Positions 48,713 through 58,061 of a DNA stretch of 64,000 nt are shown piece by piece. How positions within the stretch are numbered: the first letter of the stretch is position 1; every line of letters starts with the position of its first letter. The notes below the pieces were generated by a model. That model saw nothing but the letters and a program-made list of their open reading frames with translations. It was not told the origin of the DNA and did not search any database. Both the position numbers and the translations under genes were made by a program. This DNA is from Syntrophales bacterium (lineage in GTDB: Bacteria > Desulfobacterota > Syntrophia > Syntrophales > UBA8958): NCBI GenBank assembly GCA_035358955.1, contig DAORXN010000003.1, positions 845 through 64,844 of the forward strand, written 5' to 3'.

Positions 48713-49018
48713 TTACGGGTCGCGGCGAAAGAGTGCTTCCCATTTTGCCCGGGCGTCCGGTTTGGTTTCTCTTTCTCCCACCGCGCCTGTTCCAAAGGAA
48801 AAAAATTCGCAAAAGTTGGCCTTTTCCTTATCCAACACCCTTTCCGCCTGGGTTTCCCGGCAGTCGTTGTAAGCCCCCGGTTCGTAGAATCGGCAGTTTT
48901 TACACACGTGAAGATCGGCACCGCATTGTGGGCAGAGTTCTTTTCTCCCCACACGACCCTCGATCGTTAAGGTCTGACCGCAACGGAAACATCGCCTTTC
49001 CGGGATGGGTGCGTTCAT
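48713..49018 (-). CDS. small multi-CxxC zinc-ribbon protein, unknown function
   Basis: 101 aa from ATG 49018 (MNAPIPERRCFRCGQ...CPQCG...CKNC...). ATGA overlap with the nitroreductase stop. Confidence 0.5.
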   Translation of the reverse strand: MNAPIPERRCFRCGQTLTIEGRVGRKELCPQCGADLHVCKNCRFYEPGAYNDCRETQAERVLDKEKANFCEFFSFGTGAVGERETKPDARAKWEALFRRDP

Positions 49019-49587
49019 GCCTGCTCCAAGATTTTTAAAATGATAGGGTCGTGCCGTTCCGAAGGAGCCGGGATCTCCCGTGGATAGCCCAAGATGATGG
49101 GAGCGGCGAGGCGGTAATCCGCCGGGATGCCCAACTCCTTGAGGGTGGCAGGGTCTTCGATGTGAGACCCCAAACCTATCCAGCAGGTCCCGAGGCCGCG
49201 GCTGGTGGCGGCAAACATGAGATAAGCGGCCGTCAGGGCAGTGTCGTAATCGCCGGAGGCAAGGTCCCGGGGAACACAGATAAGGATGAGGCAAGGGGCA
49301 TTGTAGAATACGTTGAAGTGCTCGTTACCCAGTACATCGAGGTAATTGGCCAGTGGGGAGGAGGGGTTAGCTTCGATTTCTTTGAGGAGCGCTTTTTTGC
49401 TTTCTCGGGAGAGGCGCCAAATCCAATCCCGGTCTCGGACGATTACGAATTTGCAGGGTTGCCCGTTTCTCGCCGTGGGGGCAAAGCGGGTATCGGCGAG
49501 GATTTCGTGGATGAGGGAAAGGGGCACTTCCTTGGGTAGAAAATCGCGCACGGCCCGCCTTTTTAAGAGTAGTTCTGTAAAATCCAT
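49015..49587 (-). CDS. nitroreductase family protein
   Basis: 190 aa. ...LLKRRAVRDF...APTARNGQP... is a nitroreductase fold signature. Confidence 0.8.
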   Translation of the reverse strand: MDFTELLLKRRAVRDFLPKEVPLSLIHEILADTRFAPTARNGQPCKFVIVRDRDWIWRLSRESKKALLKEIEANPSSPLANYLDVLGNEHFNVFYNAPCLILICVPRDLASGDYDTALTAAYLMFAATSRGLGTCWIGLGSHIEDPATLKELGIPADYRLAAPIILGYPREIPAPSERHDPIILKILEQA

Positions 49588-49642
49588 TGCATGCCTCCGT
49601 CCTGAAAGGTGGGCTTGATTATAATGCCCCCTTCCTTTAAAT

Positions 49643-50671
49643 TCAACGCGTTCTTCTTCCCCCGGGGCCTACGCCCGGCGGGCGACCCAGACGAGTCAGT
49701 TGGGCCTTGAGGTTATTTACGGCGCCCACGGTATCGTCCCCCACGCTTACCTTCCCCGGATAAATTTCGTACAGACGCCGGTATTTTCCCGGCGTCAAAT
49801 CGGGCATGATGACGTTGGCCCCTTTCATCAGGCCGCTAAAGAAACCTTGCTCGGCACTTACCGTCGCCAGGGCCGTCGTGCTCGGGATGTTTGCCTCCGG
49901 ACATACGAGGCGGGTTATGGCCACTACCTTCAGGGCCATGAGCTCCGTGTTGGGGGCCTGATCGGGGTACCCTTCTCCCGTTTCCTTGGCCAGAGGGGTT
50001 TGGGGGTGGGGGATGTAGGGACCCACACCAATCATGTCGAGATCAAGCTCGCGAAAAAGGAGTATGTCCCGGGCGAGATCGGAATAGGTCTGACCTGGAA
50101 GGCCTATCATAATGCCACTTCCCGTCTCATAACCTATCTTTTTCAATGCGTAGAGGAGGGCGACCCGATCGGAGATTTTGCCCGGAAGCGAAGGATGAAT
50201 GCGTTCGAACAGAGCCCGATTGGATGTTTCGAAGCGGAGAAAATACCTATCTGCCCCCGCCTCCTGCCAGCATGTAAGCTCATCGAGCCTTCGCTCTCCT
50301 AGGCTCAAGGTAACGGCGAGAGAGGTTTCTTCTTTGATGCGCCTGATGATGCGTACCATGGCATCCTTGGTAAAACCGTAATCCTCTCCCGATTGGAGGA
50401 CGACGGTCCCCAGCTTTAAGTCCCGGGCCAGTCGGGCGGCGGTGAGGATTTCCTCTTCCGTCATGCGGTAGCGGGGGAGATTTTTGTTTCCCGCGTTGAT
50501 GCCGCAATAGGCACAGTGTCGGATGCAGTAGTTAGATATTTCTATGAGGCCTCTTAAGTGCACCTCATCTCCTACTGTTTCCTTCCGGATGCGGTCGGCC
50601 TCCCGCCAGAGGGTCTCAAGTCTTAAGGGGTCTTCCTCTTTGAGCCAGGAGAGAATATCCTTTTCATCCAT
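49643..50671 (-). CDS. hydE: [FeFe]-hydrogenase maturase HydE-type radical SAM protein
   Basis: IEISNYCIRHCAYCGINAGNKNLPRYRMT..., VLQSGED, GADRYFLRFET and GIMIGLPGQT are collinear with HydE. The start could be ATG 50671 or 50689. Confidence 0.7.
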   Translation of the reverse strand: MDEKDILSWLKEEDPLRLETLWREADRIRKETVGDEVHLRGLIEISNYCIRHCAYCGINAGNKNLPRYRMTEEEILTAARLARDLKLGTVVLQSGEDYGFTKDAMVRIIRRIKEETSLAVTLSLGERRLDELTCWQEAGADRYFLRFETSNRALFERIHPSLPGKISDRVALLYALKKIGYETGSGIMIGLPGQTYSDLARDILLFRELDLDMIGVGPYIPHPQTPLAKETGEGYPDQAPNTELMALKVVAITRLVCPEANIPSTTALATVSAEQGFFSGLMKGANVIMPDLTPGKYRRLYEIYPGKVSVGDDTVGAVNNLKAQLTRLGRPPGVGPGGRRTR

Positions 50672-51056
50672 GAGGTGCTTTTCCCACAATGGCGATTGCC
50701 TCTATTTCGACCGGCACGCCCCGCGGTAGAGAAAAAACGGCGACGGTCGATCGGGCGGGTGGCGCGTCGGGAAAGTAACGGGCATAAACTTCATTCATGG
50801 CCGAGAAATGTTTCATATCCGTGAGGTAGACGGTCGTCTTGACTACGTCTTTAAGGCTGCTTCCGCAAGAGGCCAGGACAAGCGAGAGGTTTTTTAGGCA
50901 GCGATCGGTGGCGAGGGCCACCTGCTCCGTTATGACCTCCCCCGTTTCGGGATCGATGGGTATCTGCCCGGAGCAGAAGATGAACTCCCCCGCGACGACC
51001 ACCTGCGAATAAGGCCCGACGGACGGAATCGGTGTGGCAGGGATCGCTTTTTCCAT
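50664..51056 (-). CDS. ridA: RidA/YjgF family reactive-intermediate deaminase
   Basis: 130 aa. ...PYSQVVVAGEFIFCSGQIPIDPETGE... Confidence 0.85.
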   Translation of the reverse strand: MEKAIPATPIPSVGPYSQVVVAGEFIFCSGQIPIDPETGEVITEQVALATDRCLKNLSLVLASCGSSLKDVVKTTVYLTDMKHFSAMNEVYARYFPDAPPARSTVAVFSLPRGVPVEIEAIAIVGKAPHG

Positions 51057-51071
51057 TGCCCATGCCTCCTC

Positions 51072-51980
51072 TTATTTTGAATGAGCAATCATGCCTTCTA
51101 TAGCTTGACGGGCCCGGACGGAAATCTCGTCAGGCACCGTGATTTCGTGGCTCCCTTCTGTTAGGGCGCGCCATACGCTCATCAGGTTAGTTTTCTTCAT
51201 GTCTGGGCAAATGACGGGGGGGTCGAGGGCATAAAAAACCTTATCGGGATTTTCTTTCTTCATCCGGTAGCAGATGCCCTCTTCGGTACCGATGATGAAT
51301 TCCCGTGCCTGTAAGTCGTGTACCAACCGACACATGCCTTCCGTGGAGGCGACGTAATCGGAAAGGGCAATGATCTCCGGTGGGCATTCGGGATGCACGA
51401 TTACCGGGGCCTCCGGATGAAGGGCTTTTTGCCTCTCAATGTGCTCCGGTCGAATGCTTGCGTGAATGGGGCAAAAGCCCTCCCAACAGATGAACCTGCG
51501 ACCCGTCTTTTTCGACGTGTAATCGGCCAGGTATTTATCGGGGACGAAAATGATTTCGTCTTTATCGGCCAAGGCCTCTTGTACCATCTGGACGGCATTG
51601 GCGGAGGTGCAGCAAAGATGGCTTTCCGCCTTCACTTCCGCCGATGTGTTCACGTAACATAGGACGGAAGCCTGTGGATGGTCTTCTTTCAATTTTCGGA
51701 GCATCTCGCCCGTAATCATGTCCGCCATGGGGCAGCCGGCCTCTTTTTCCGGGAGGAGAACGGTTTTTCCCGGCGATAAAATCTTGGCCGTTTCGGCCAT
51801 GAACAAAACCCCGCAAAACACGATGATATCGGCCTTCGTTTTTGCCGCTTCCATGCTCAGATTTAGTGAGTCTCCTACGAAATCGGCGATGTCCTGAATT
51901 TCCGGCCGTTGATAGTTATGGGCCAGGATGACCGCATTTTTTTCTGCTTTTAGGCGTCTTATTTCCCCTCTTAGATCCAT
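51072..51980 (-). CDS. nadA: quinolinate synthase
   Basis: 302 aa. ...ILAHNYQRPEIQDIADFVGDSL... Confidence 0.9.
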   Translation of the reverse strand: MDLRGEIRRLKAEKNAVILAHNYQRPEIQDIADFVGDSLNLSMEAAKTKADIIVFCGVLFMAETAKILSPGKTVLLPEKEAGCPMADMITGEMLRKLKEDHPQASVLCYVNTSAEVKAESHLCCTSANAVQMVQEALADKDEIIFVPDKYLADYTSKKTGRRFICWEGFCPIHASIRPEHIERQKALHPEAPVIVHPECPPEIIALSDYVASTEGMCRLVHDLQAREFIIGTEEGICYRMKKENPDKVFYALDPPVICPDMKKTNLMSVWRALTEGSHEITVPDEISVRARQAIEGMIAHSK

Positions 51981-52155
51981 GGCTCACCTCGAAATGGTGA
52001 CGATCATCATAACGCATAAGCGGCCCATTTTCCAGCGTGGTTTTGTTTGCGAGGAGAGGGATATTGACAAAGATTTCAAGATAGATTAAAAAAAACACGA
52101 TGTTAGTGCCTGCACGGTTTTTCTTGAGGCTATAAAAAAATAAGGAGGTTGCAAG

Positions 52156-53373
52156 ATGCCACAGTTGAGAGAAGCCGTCATCGTTGATTACCTCAGGTCT
52201 GCCTTTTCCCGGTCTCGACCGCGGGAGCCGGAAAGGGATGTGTTCAACAGCCTCCGGATGGATCAGGTGGGAGGGATGCTGGTGAAGGAGATGTTGAAGA
52301 GGACCAACGTGAAACCGGAAGAGGTGAACCATGTCCTCGTCGGCACGGCGAATCCTGTGGGCGAGCAATGGACCTATGGGGGCAGGAGCCTGGTATTCGA
52401 AGCGGAGATGCCTTTCGAGGTAGCGGCCGAGCAATTCGATAAGCAGTGCGGTTCTACCCTCGCCACGGTGAACCGGGGGGCCATGGAGATCATGCTGGGG
52501 TATTCGGATATCGTCATCTCCGTGGGGATCGAGCACATGACCCATATACCCATGGGAGTGGATCCGAAGGACCCCCGGGCGATACTCCGGCAGCCGGATA
52601 TGGCCTTCTTTACGGAGGAACGCTTTAAAAAGTACGATATGTTTACTTCCCTCAACATGGGCCTTACGGCGGAGAAGTTGTTTGCCGAATCGGGACTGAC
52701 GAGGGAAGATATGGACCGTTGGGCTTTGAGGAGCCATCAGCTCGCGGCCAAAGCCGTGGAAGAAGGTTACTTCAAGGGAGAAATCATGCCGGTGGAAGTG
52801 ACCTTGCCGGATGGGAAGAAACAGGTCATCGATGTGGACCAGTCCATCCGCGGCGACACGACCCTGGAGGGCTTGGCCCAGCTCAAACCGTCTTTCAAAC
52901 CGGACGGGCAGATTACGGCGGGCAATTCGTCACCATTGAACGCCGGGGCCACGGCCATTATGCTCATGTCGAAGGAAAGGGCAAAGGCGATGGGTCTCAA
53001 ACCTCTCGCCACGATTGTATCCATGGGTTGGGCCGGCGTAGATCCTACGGTGATGGGCAAAGGCCCCGTGCCTGCAAGCAGAATGGCCCTCGAGAAGGCC
53101 GGGCTCACGGTAAAAGACATAGACTACTGGGAAATCAACGAGGCCTTCGCCATCGTTACCCTCTACGCCATAAAACAGTTGGGCATCGATCCCGAAAAGG
53201 TCAATATCAAGGGCGGTGCCATTGCCATCGGCCATCCCCTGGGGGCAAGCGGCAACCGTTTGGTGGGTACCCTCGCCCGCATATTGAACCTCAAGAAGGG
53301 CACTTTCGGGATTGCCACGGCGTGCATAGGCGGTGGCCAGGGGGCTGCTACCCTGCTTAAGAGAGAAGAGTAA
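52156..53373 (+). CDS. acetyl-CoA C-acyltransferase (thiolase)
   Basis: 405 aa with the active-site Cys context DKQCGSTLATV and the C-terminal ...ACIGGGQGAA... Confidence 0.88.
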   Translation: MPQLREAVIVDYLRSAFSRSRPREPERDVFNSLRMDQVGGMLVKEMLKRTNVKPEEVNHVLVGTANPVGEQWTYGGRSLVFEAEMPFEVAAEQFDKQCGSTLATVNRGAMEIMLGYSDIVISVGIEHMTHIPMGVDPKDPRAILRQPDMAFFTEERFKKYDMFTSLNMGLTAEKLFAESGLTREDMDRWALRSHQLAAKAVEEGYFKGEIMPVEVTLPDGKKQVIDVDQSIRGDTTLEGLAQLKPSFKPDGQITAGNSSPLNAGATAIMLMSKERAKAMGLKPLATIVSMGWAGVDPTVMGKGPVPASRMALEKAGLTVKDIDYWEINEAFAIVTLYAIKQLGIDPEKVNIKGGAIAIGHPLGASGNRLVGTLARILNLKKGTFGIATACIGGGQGAATLLKREE

Positions 53374-53381
53374 AAAAGGGT

Positions 53382-53418
53382 AAGGGAGGGCAGGAAAGAG
53401 CGTGCCCTCCCTTATTTT
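53382..53418. terminator. bidirectional rho-independent terminator between thiolase and hisC
   Basis: Perfect 11-bp stem AAGGGAGGGCA/TGCCCTCCCTT with a 10-nt loop and T-runs on both strands. The right arm overlaps the hisC stop. Confidence 0.65.
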
Positions 53419-54464
53419 CCGAGAATACGGGAAAAGACGTCAAAAAACCTTTCCATCTGTTCCCTGGTGCCGATGGTGAGGCGAAAGCTCCCGTCGATCA
53501 AGGGTTTTCCCCTCATACTCCGGACGAGAATGCCTTCTTTCTTTAGTTTGGAAACCACTTCCTCGCAGTCTCCGGGAGGCCAGACGAGGAGGTAATTTCC
53601 TCCCTCAGAGAAGAATTTGAGCCCCATGTCTTTTAGCCGCCCTAAGGACCAAGACTTGGCGGCGAGGACCTCCCCGACGTACCATTCGATGTAAGCGCGA
53701 TCAGACAGGGCAGCCTTCCCGGCAGCTACGGCCAAGGCGTTGATGTCGTAAGGGCCCGTAACTCGGGTCATGAGTTCTACCAACCGGGGAGGGCCGATGG
53801 CAAACCCGAGGCGCAGGCCGGCGATACCCGCCGCCTTGGAGAGGGACTGGAGGGCAATGACGTTTTCGCAATCGAGGGCCTTAGGTAGGACAGACTTCCC
53901 CGTAAAGGCCACGTAGAGCTCGTCCACCACGATGAGCGTCTCTGGGGATAGAAGGGCGAGCTCAAGGATCATGTCCGGTTCGATGAGGGTGCCCGTGGGA
54001 TTGTTGGGGTTGCAGATGAAAAAAAGTCGGGGGTTATCTTTTAACTTTGTCTTTACCGCTTCGAGAGGGTAGCCCAAATCGGGCAAGTATGACACCTCGT
54101 CGATGACCATGCCCTGTTGCAGGGCGCATGGCCGGTAATAGCCAAAGGTGGGGGTCGTGGTGAGAAACACGGTACCCTTTTCCCCGAAGGCGTCGAAAAC
54201 GGCATGGATCGCCCCGTCTACCCCGTTGAAGGCGGCGACGAACTCGGGGGGTACCCCGATGAAAGAGGCGTATGCCTCCACCAGACCCGCGTATTCAGGG
54301 TAAGTGGCGTACTCGTGAGGTGGGAGGTTACGGACGGCTTCTATCACCCGGGGACTCGGTCCCACGGTATTTTCGTTAAAATCCAGGCGCAGCATAGGCC
54401 GCCTGCCCTCAAGGGGCGCCACGTAGCGCGTGAGGTTTTCGACTTCCCTTTTGGCTCTGATCAT
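53412..54464 (-). CDS. hisC: histidinol-phosphate aminotransferase
   Basis: 350 aa. LDFNENT..., a FICNPNNPTG-type motif, and the PLP-Lys context SLSKAAGIAGLRLGF. Confidence 0.85.
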   Translation of the reverse strand: MIRAKREVENLTRYVAPLEGRRPMLRLDFNENTVGPSPRVIEAVRNLPPHEYATYPEYAGLVEAYASFIGVPPEFVAAFNGVDGAIHAVFDAFGEKGTVFLTTTPTFGYYRPCALQQGMVIDEVSYLPDLGYPLEAVKTKLKDNPRLFFICNPNNPTGTLIEPDMILELALLSPETLIVVDELYVAFTGKSVLPKALDCENVIALQSLSKAAGIAGLRLGFAIGPPRLVELMTRVTGPYDINALAVAAGKAALSDRAYIEWYVGEVLAAKSWSLGRLKDMGLKFFSEGGNYLLVWPPGDCEEVVSKLKKEGILVRSMRGKPLIDGSFRLTIGTREQMERFFDVFSRILGK

Positions 54465-54584
54465 CTTCCCATCCCGTTTTTGCGCTTATCTTATCATTTT
54501 TGCCCGTAATTACAACGATTCTTTGTCGTTGAAAATAAAGGGTCGATAATGTATCTCACATTGAGCATCGATTTAGGGGGGAAG

Positions 54585-55832
54585 ATGGAAAGATTTCCCG
54601 TGATCATCGTGGGGGCGGGGCTCGCGGGCCTGGCATGTGCTTACACACTCGCAAAGGCCGGAACGGAATGCCTCGTCCTGGAGCGGGGAGACTACGCGGG
54701 GGCAAAAAGTGTTACGGGCGGTCGGCTTTATCTTGAGCCGGTGCGTACCCTATTTTCCGATTTATGGGGGGAAGATTGCCCCTTGGAGCGGAAGATAGTG
54801 AAAGAAGGCCTTACCCTGATGGGCAAGGAAGGTGCCCTTTCCCTGGAGCTTGCCGGGGGAGTGAAGGCGGCAAGCTACAGTATCCTCCGGGCGAGATTCG
54901 ATCGTTGGTTGGCGGAGAAGGCCGAAGAGGCGGGGGCCATGATCATGACCAAGGCCTTCGTTTCGTGTCTCGTAAAGGAAGGGGAAAAGATCGTCGGCGT
55001 CCAGGTGGGGAATGAGATCCTGAAGGCCGATTGCGTCGTGGTGGCCGACGGGGCCCTTTCTCTCCTCACGGAAGGGGTGGGTTTGCATCCCCCCGTGTCG
55101 GCTACGAATCTGGCCCTGGGTGTAAAGGAAGTGATTGCCCTTTCGCGGGAAAGGATTGAAGAACGGTTCCAGCTTGCGCCGGGGGAGGGTGCGGCGCGCC
55201 TGTACGTGGGAGAAGTAACGGCCGGAAATTTCGGTGGAGGTTTTCTTTATACCAACAGCGAAAGTATCAGCTTAGGCTTGGTGGTGGCCTGTGAGATGCA
55301 CGCCCATTGGCAGGCACCGGCAATCCCATCGCTGCTCGATCGCTTCAAGTCGCGTCCGGAGGTGGAAATCCTCCTTCGGGGAGGAGAAACGGTGGAGTAT
55401 GCCGCCCATCTCATTCCGGAAGGGGGCCGGAAGGGCATGCTTCCCCTTTCTGCCCCGGGGCTTTTGGTGGTGGGAGATGCAGCCGGCTTGGCCCTTAATT
55501 TGGGTTATACGGTCCGCGGTATGGACTACGCCCTCGCCTCCGGCTATTATGCGGCCCGGGCAATCGAGGAAGGGCTACCCCACCGATATCCGGAGATGGT
55601 AGCCGCATGCTTTATAGGGAAGGATTTGGAAAACTACCGGGCCATGAGGGAATTTCTCGGCCAAAGGCGCTTGTACAACCATTATCCACAAAAGGTAGTT
55701 GATTTTCTCGCCGATCTGTATACGATTCCCGCCGGGGAAAAGGAGCGCCTTTTTACCATTTGGCGTCGGCATTTCCCCTGGCGGGAGGTGTGGAGAGTAT
55801 GGCGGGATTTTAAAGAGTTGAGGCGCACGTGA
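54585..55832 (+). CDS. fixC: FAD-dependent oxidoreductase FixC (ETF-quinone oxidoreductase-like)
   Basis: MERFPVIIVGAGLAGLACAY dinucleotide-binding motif; 415 aa. It is followed by fixX with a GTGA overlap. Confidence 0.8.
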   Translation: MERFPVIIVGAGLAGLACAYTLAKAGTECLVLERGDYAGAKSVTGGRLYLEPVRTLFSDLWGEDCPLERKIVKEGLTLMGKEGALSLELAGGVKAASYSILRARFDRWLAEKAEEAGAMIMTKAFVSCLVKEGEKIVGVQVGNEILKADCVVVADGALSLLTEGVGLHPPVSATNLALGVKEVIALSRERIEERFQLAPGEGAARLYVGEVTAGNFGGGFLYTNSESISLGLVVACEMHAHWQAPAIPSLLDRFKSRPEVEILLRGGETVEYAAHLIPEGGRKGMLPLSAPGLLVVGDAAGLALNLGYTVRGMDYALASGYYAARAIEEGLPHRYPEMVAACFIGKDLENYRAMREFLGQRRLYNHYPQKVVDFLADLYTIPAGEKERLFTIWRRHFPWREVWRVWRDFKELRRT

Positions 55833-56098
55833 TAGAGGAGAAGCTCGCGAAAAACGTCTTTAAGGTAAGTGAACATCCTCATCTCCGCATAAAGCCCGGA
55901 TTCGAGAAGGATGTGCGCCTGAGGATGATGGTCATGTTTTGCCCGGCGGGCCTGTATCGAGAGGCAGAAGACGGAAAGGTGACCGTTTCCACGGATGGTT
56001 GCCTCGAATGCGGTACGTGTCGAGTTATCTGCGGCACGGAAATTCTCGATTGGCAGTACCCGGAAGGAGGTTTGGGGGTACAGTACCGCTTCGGGTGA
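55829..56098 (+). CDS. fixX: ferredoxin-like protein FixX
   Basis: 89 aa. ...CPAGLY...CLECGTCRVIC...WQYPEGGLGVQYRFG is canonical FixX. Confidence 0.8.
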   Translation: MIEEKLAKNVFKVSEHPHLRIKPGFEKDVRLRMMVMFCPAGLYREAEDGKVTVSTDGCLECGTCRVICGTEILDWQYPEGGLGVQYRFG

Positions 56099-56130
56099 AA
56101 GATAAGAAATACGGAAAGGAGTGGAATGTC

Positions 56131-57270
56131 ATGGAATTCAAGCTTACGGAAGAACAGGAACTCATCAGGAAAAACATGAGGGAATTTTGCGAGAAGTACG
56201 TCGATCCCATCGCGGCGGAGATAGACGAAAAGGCGCGCTTTCCCCAGGAAGTGTTCGAGAAATTGGCGGCGAGCGATTGGATGGGCATCCCGGTTCCTAT
56301 CCAGTACGGTGGCGCCGGTTCCAGCTACCTTACCCATATTGTAGCCGTGGAAGAGCTTTCCCGCTCTTGCGCGGCCTCCGGGTTTACCCTTTCCATCCAT
56401 GTGGGTATTGTAGAAATGCTCATCCTCCTCTTCGGAACGGAAGAGCAAAAGCAAAAATACTTGACCCCCCTAGCCCGGGGTGAACATTTAGGGGCTTTCG
56501 TCCTGACGGAACCGGGGGCGGGCACGGATGTCATGGCCGCCCAGACGCAGGTAACGCGGGATGGCGATTATTACGTCATCAACGGGACCAAGACGTTTAC
56601 CTCCAACGGCCCCATTGCGGGGGTATACATCGTTTTCGGGTGGACGGACAAATCCGCCGGCCGGAAGGGGATGAGCGCTTTTATCGTACCCCGAGGCACA
56701 CCCGGCATGAAGGTCGGCGAGCATTTTCAAAAGATGGGCATCCGCGCCTCCCAGACATCGGAAATGATCTTCGAGGACTGCCGGGTTCCCAAAGAAAACC
56801 TCTTGGGCAAGGAGGGAGATGGCCTTGCAATTGCCATGGCGGGTCTCGATCACGGCCGGGTGGGGATCGCCGCCCAAAGTGTGGGTATTCTTCAGGCGGC
56901 ATTGGACGAATCCATCAAGTATTCGAAACAGAGGGTGCAGTTTGGCGCTCCTATTTCAAGGAATCAGGCCATTTCATGGATGATTGCCGATATGGCGACC
57001 GACCTTACGGCGGCGAGGTTTCTCACCTATTATGCTGCGTGGCTAAAGGATGAGGGGCGGCCTTTTTCCCGGGAAGCTGCGATGGCGAAGCTTTTTGCCG
57101 CCGAGGCGGCGATGAAACATACGATCAAGGCCGTGCAGATTCAGGGTGGATATGGATACTGCAAGGGGGCCAAGGTGGAACGCCTCATGAGAGATGCCAA
57201 GATCACGGAAATCTACGAAGGCACTTCCGAAGCCCAGCGGATGGTTATTTCCGGTGCGCTCCTTAGGTGA
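56131..57270 (+). CDS. acyl-CoA dehydrogenase
   Basis: MEFKLTEEQELIRKNMREF... and C-terminal ...IYEGTSEAQRMVI.... Start chosen at ATG 56131 after AAAGGAG. Confidence 0.9.
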   Translation: MEFKLTEEQELIRKNMREFCEKYVDPIAAEIDEKARFPQEVFEKLAASDWMGIPVPIQYGGAGSSYLTHIVAVEELSRSCAASGFTLSIHVGIVEMLILLFGTEEQKQKYLTPLARGEHLGAFVLTEPGAGTDVMAAQTQVTRDGDYYVINGTKTFTSNGPIAGVYIVFGWTDKSAGRKGMSAFIVPRGTPGMKVGEHFQKMGIRASQTSEMIFEDCRVPKENLLGKEGDGLAIAMAGLDHGRVGIAAQSVGILQAALDESIKYSKQRVQFGAPISRNQAISWMIADMATDLTAARFLTYYAAWLKDEGRPFSREAAMAKLFAAEAAMKHTIKAVQIQGGYGYCKGAKVERLMRDAKITEIYEGTSEAQRMVISGALLR

Positions 57271-57278
57271 TAGCGGAC

Positions 57279-58046
57279 ATGCTCCATATTGTAGCCTGTT
57301 GCAAATGGGTGATTGACGAAGCTTATATCAGGCGGGGGGCAGGTGAGGAAGTGGATCTCTCCGCCGTCGACTGGAAGATAAGCGATTACGATCGCCATGC
57401 CCTCGAAGAGGCGGTACGCCTGAAGGAGAGTCAGGGGGCAAAGGTGACCGTGCTTACCGTGGGAGATGAGAAAACGGCCAAAGGGATGAAAGACATGCTC
57501 TCGCGGGGAGCGGACGAAGGGTGTCTCGTGGCGGATAAGGCTTTTGGCGATCTCGATTCCGCCACTACGGCAGACCTAATGGTGTCGGCCATCGAAAAGC
57601 ACCTGTCACCTTACGACCTAATCCTCTTCGGGGAGGGGTCGTCGGATCTCTATGCAAGGCAGGTCGGGCCCCGGGTGGCGGCGGGGCTCAAAATCCCGTG
57701 CCTTACGGGTGTGCGAAGAATTGCCGTCGGAGAGGGCTACGTAGAAGCAGAAAGGTCCTTGGAAGGGGAGATCGAGCTGGTGAGGGCTCCTCTTCCCGCC
57801 GCCCTCACGGTGTTGCCGGAAATAAATGCCCCTCGGATTCCCGGGGTAAAGGAGACGCTCGCCGCCTCAAGAAAGCCCGTCATGCATCTGAAATCGTCAG
57901 ATCTCCCTGCTTTGAAGGCACCATCCATAAGGACGGTGAAAATAAAGGCAGCCCAGCTTAAGCGAGATTGTCTGTTTTTGGACAACACCCCCGAAGGGGT
58001 AAGGATCCTCGTTGAGGAGCTGAAAAAGAAGGGACTCAACTTTTAG
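57279..58046 (+). CDS. etfB: electron transfer flavoprotein beta subunit, FixA/YdiQ type
   Basis: MLHIVACCKWV... and GEGSSDLYARQVGP, which resembles the E. coli FixA/YdiQ GSSDLYAQQVG motif as I recall it. Confidence 0.8.
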   Translation: MLHIVACCKWVIDEAYIRRGAGEEVDLSAVDWKISDYDRHALEEAVRLKESQGAKVTVLTVGDEKTAKGMKDMLSRGADEGCLVADKAFGDLDSATTADLMVSAIEKHLSPYDLILFGEGSSDLYARQVGPRVAAGLKIPCLTGVRRIAVGEGYVEAERSLEGEIELVRAPLPAALTVLPEINAPRIPGVKETLAASRKPVMHLKSSDLPALKAPSIRTVKIKAAQLKRDCLFLDNTPEGVRILVEELKKKGLNF

Positions 58047-58061
58047 GGAGGAAGCAGGTTT

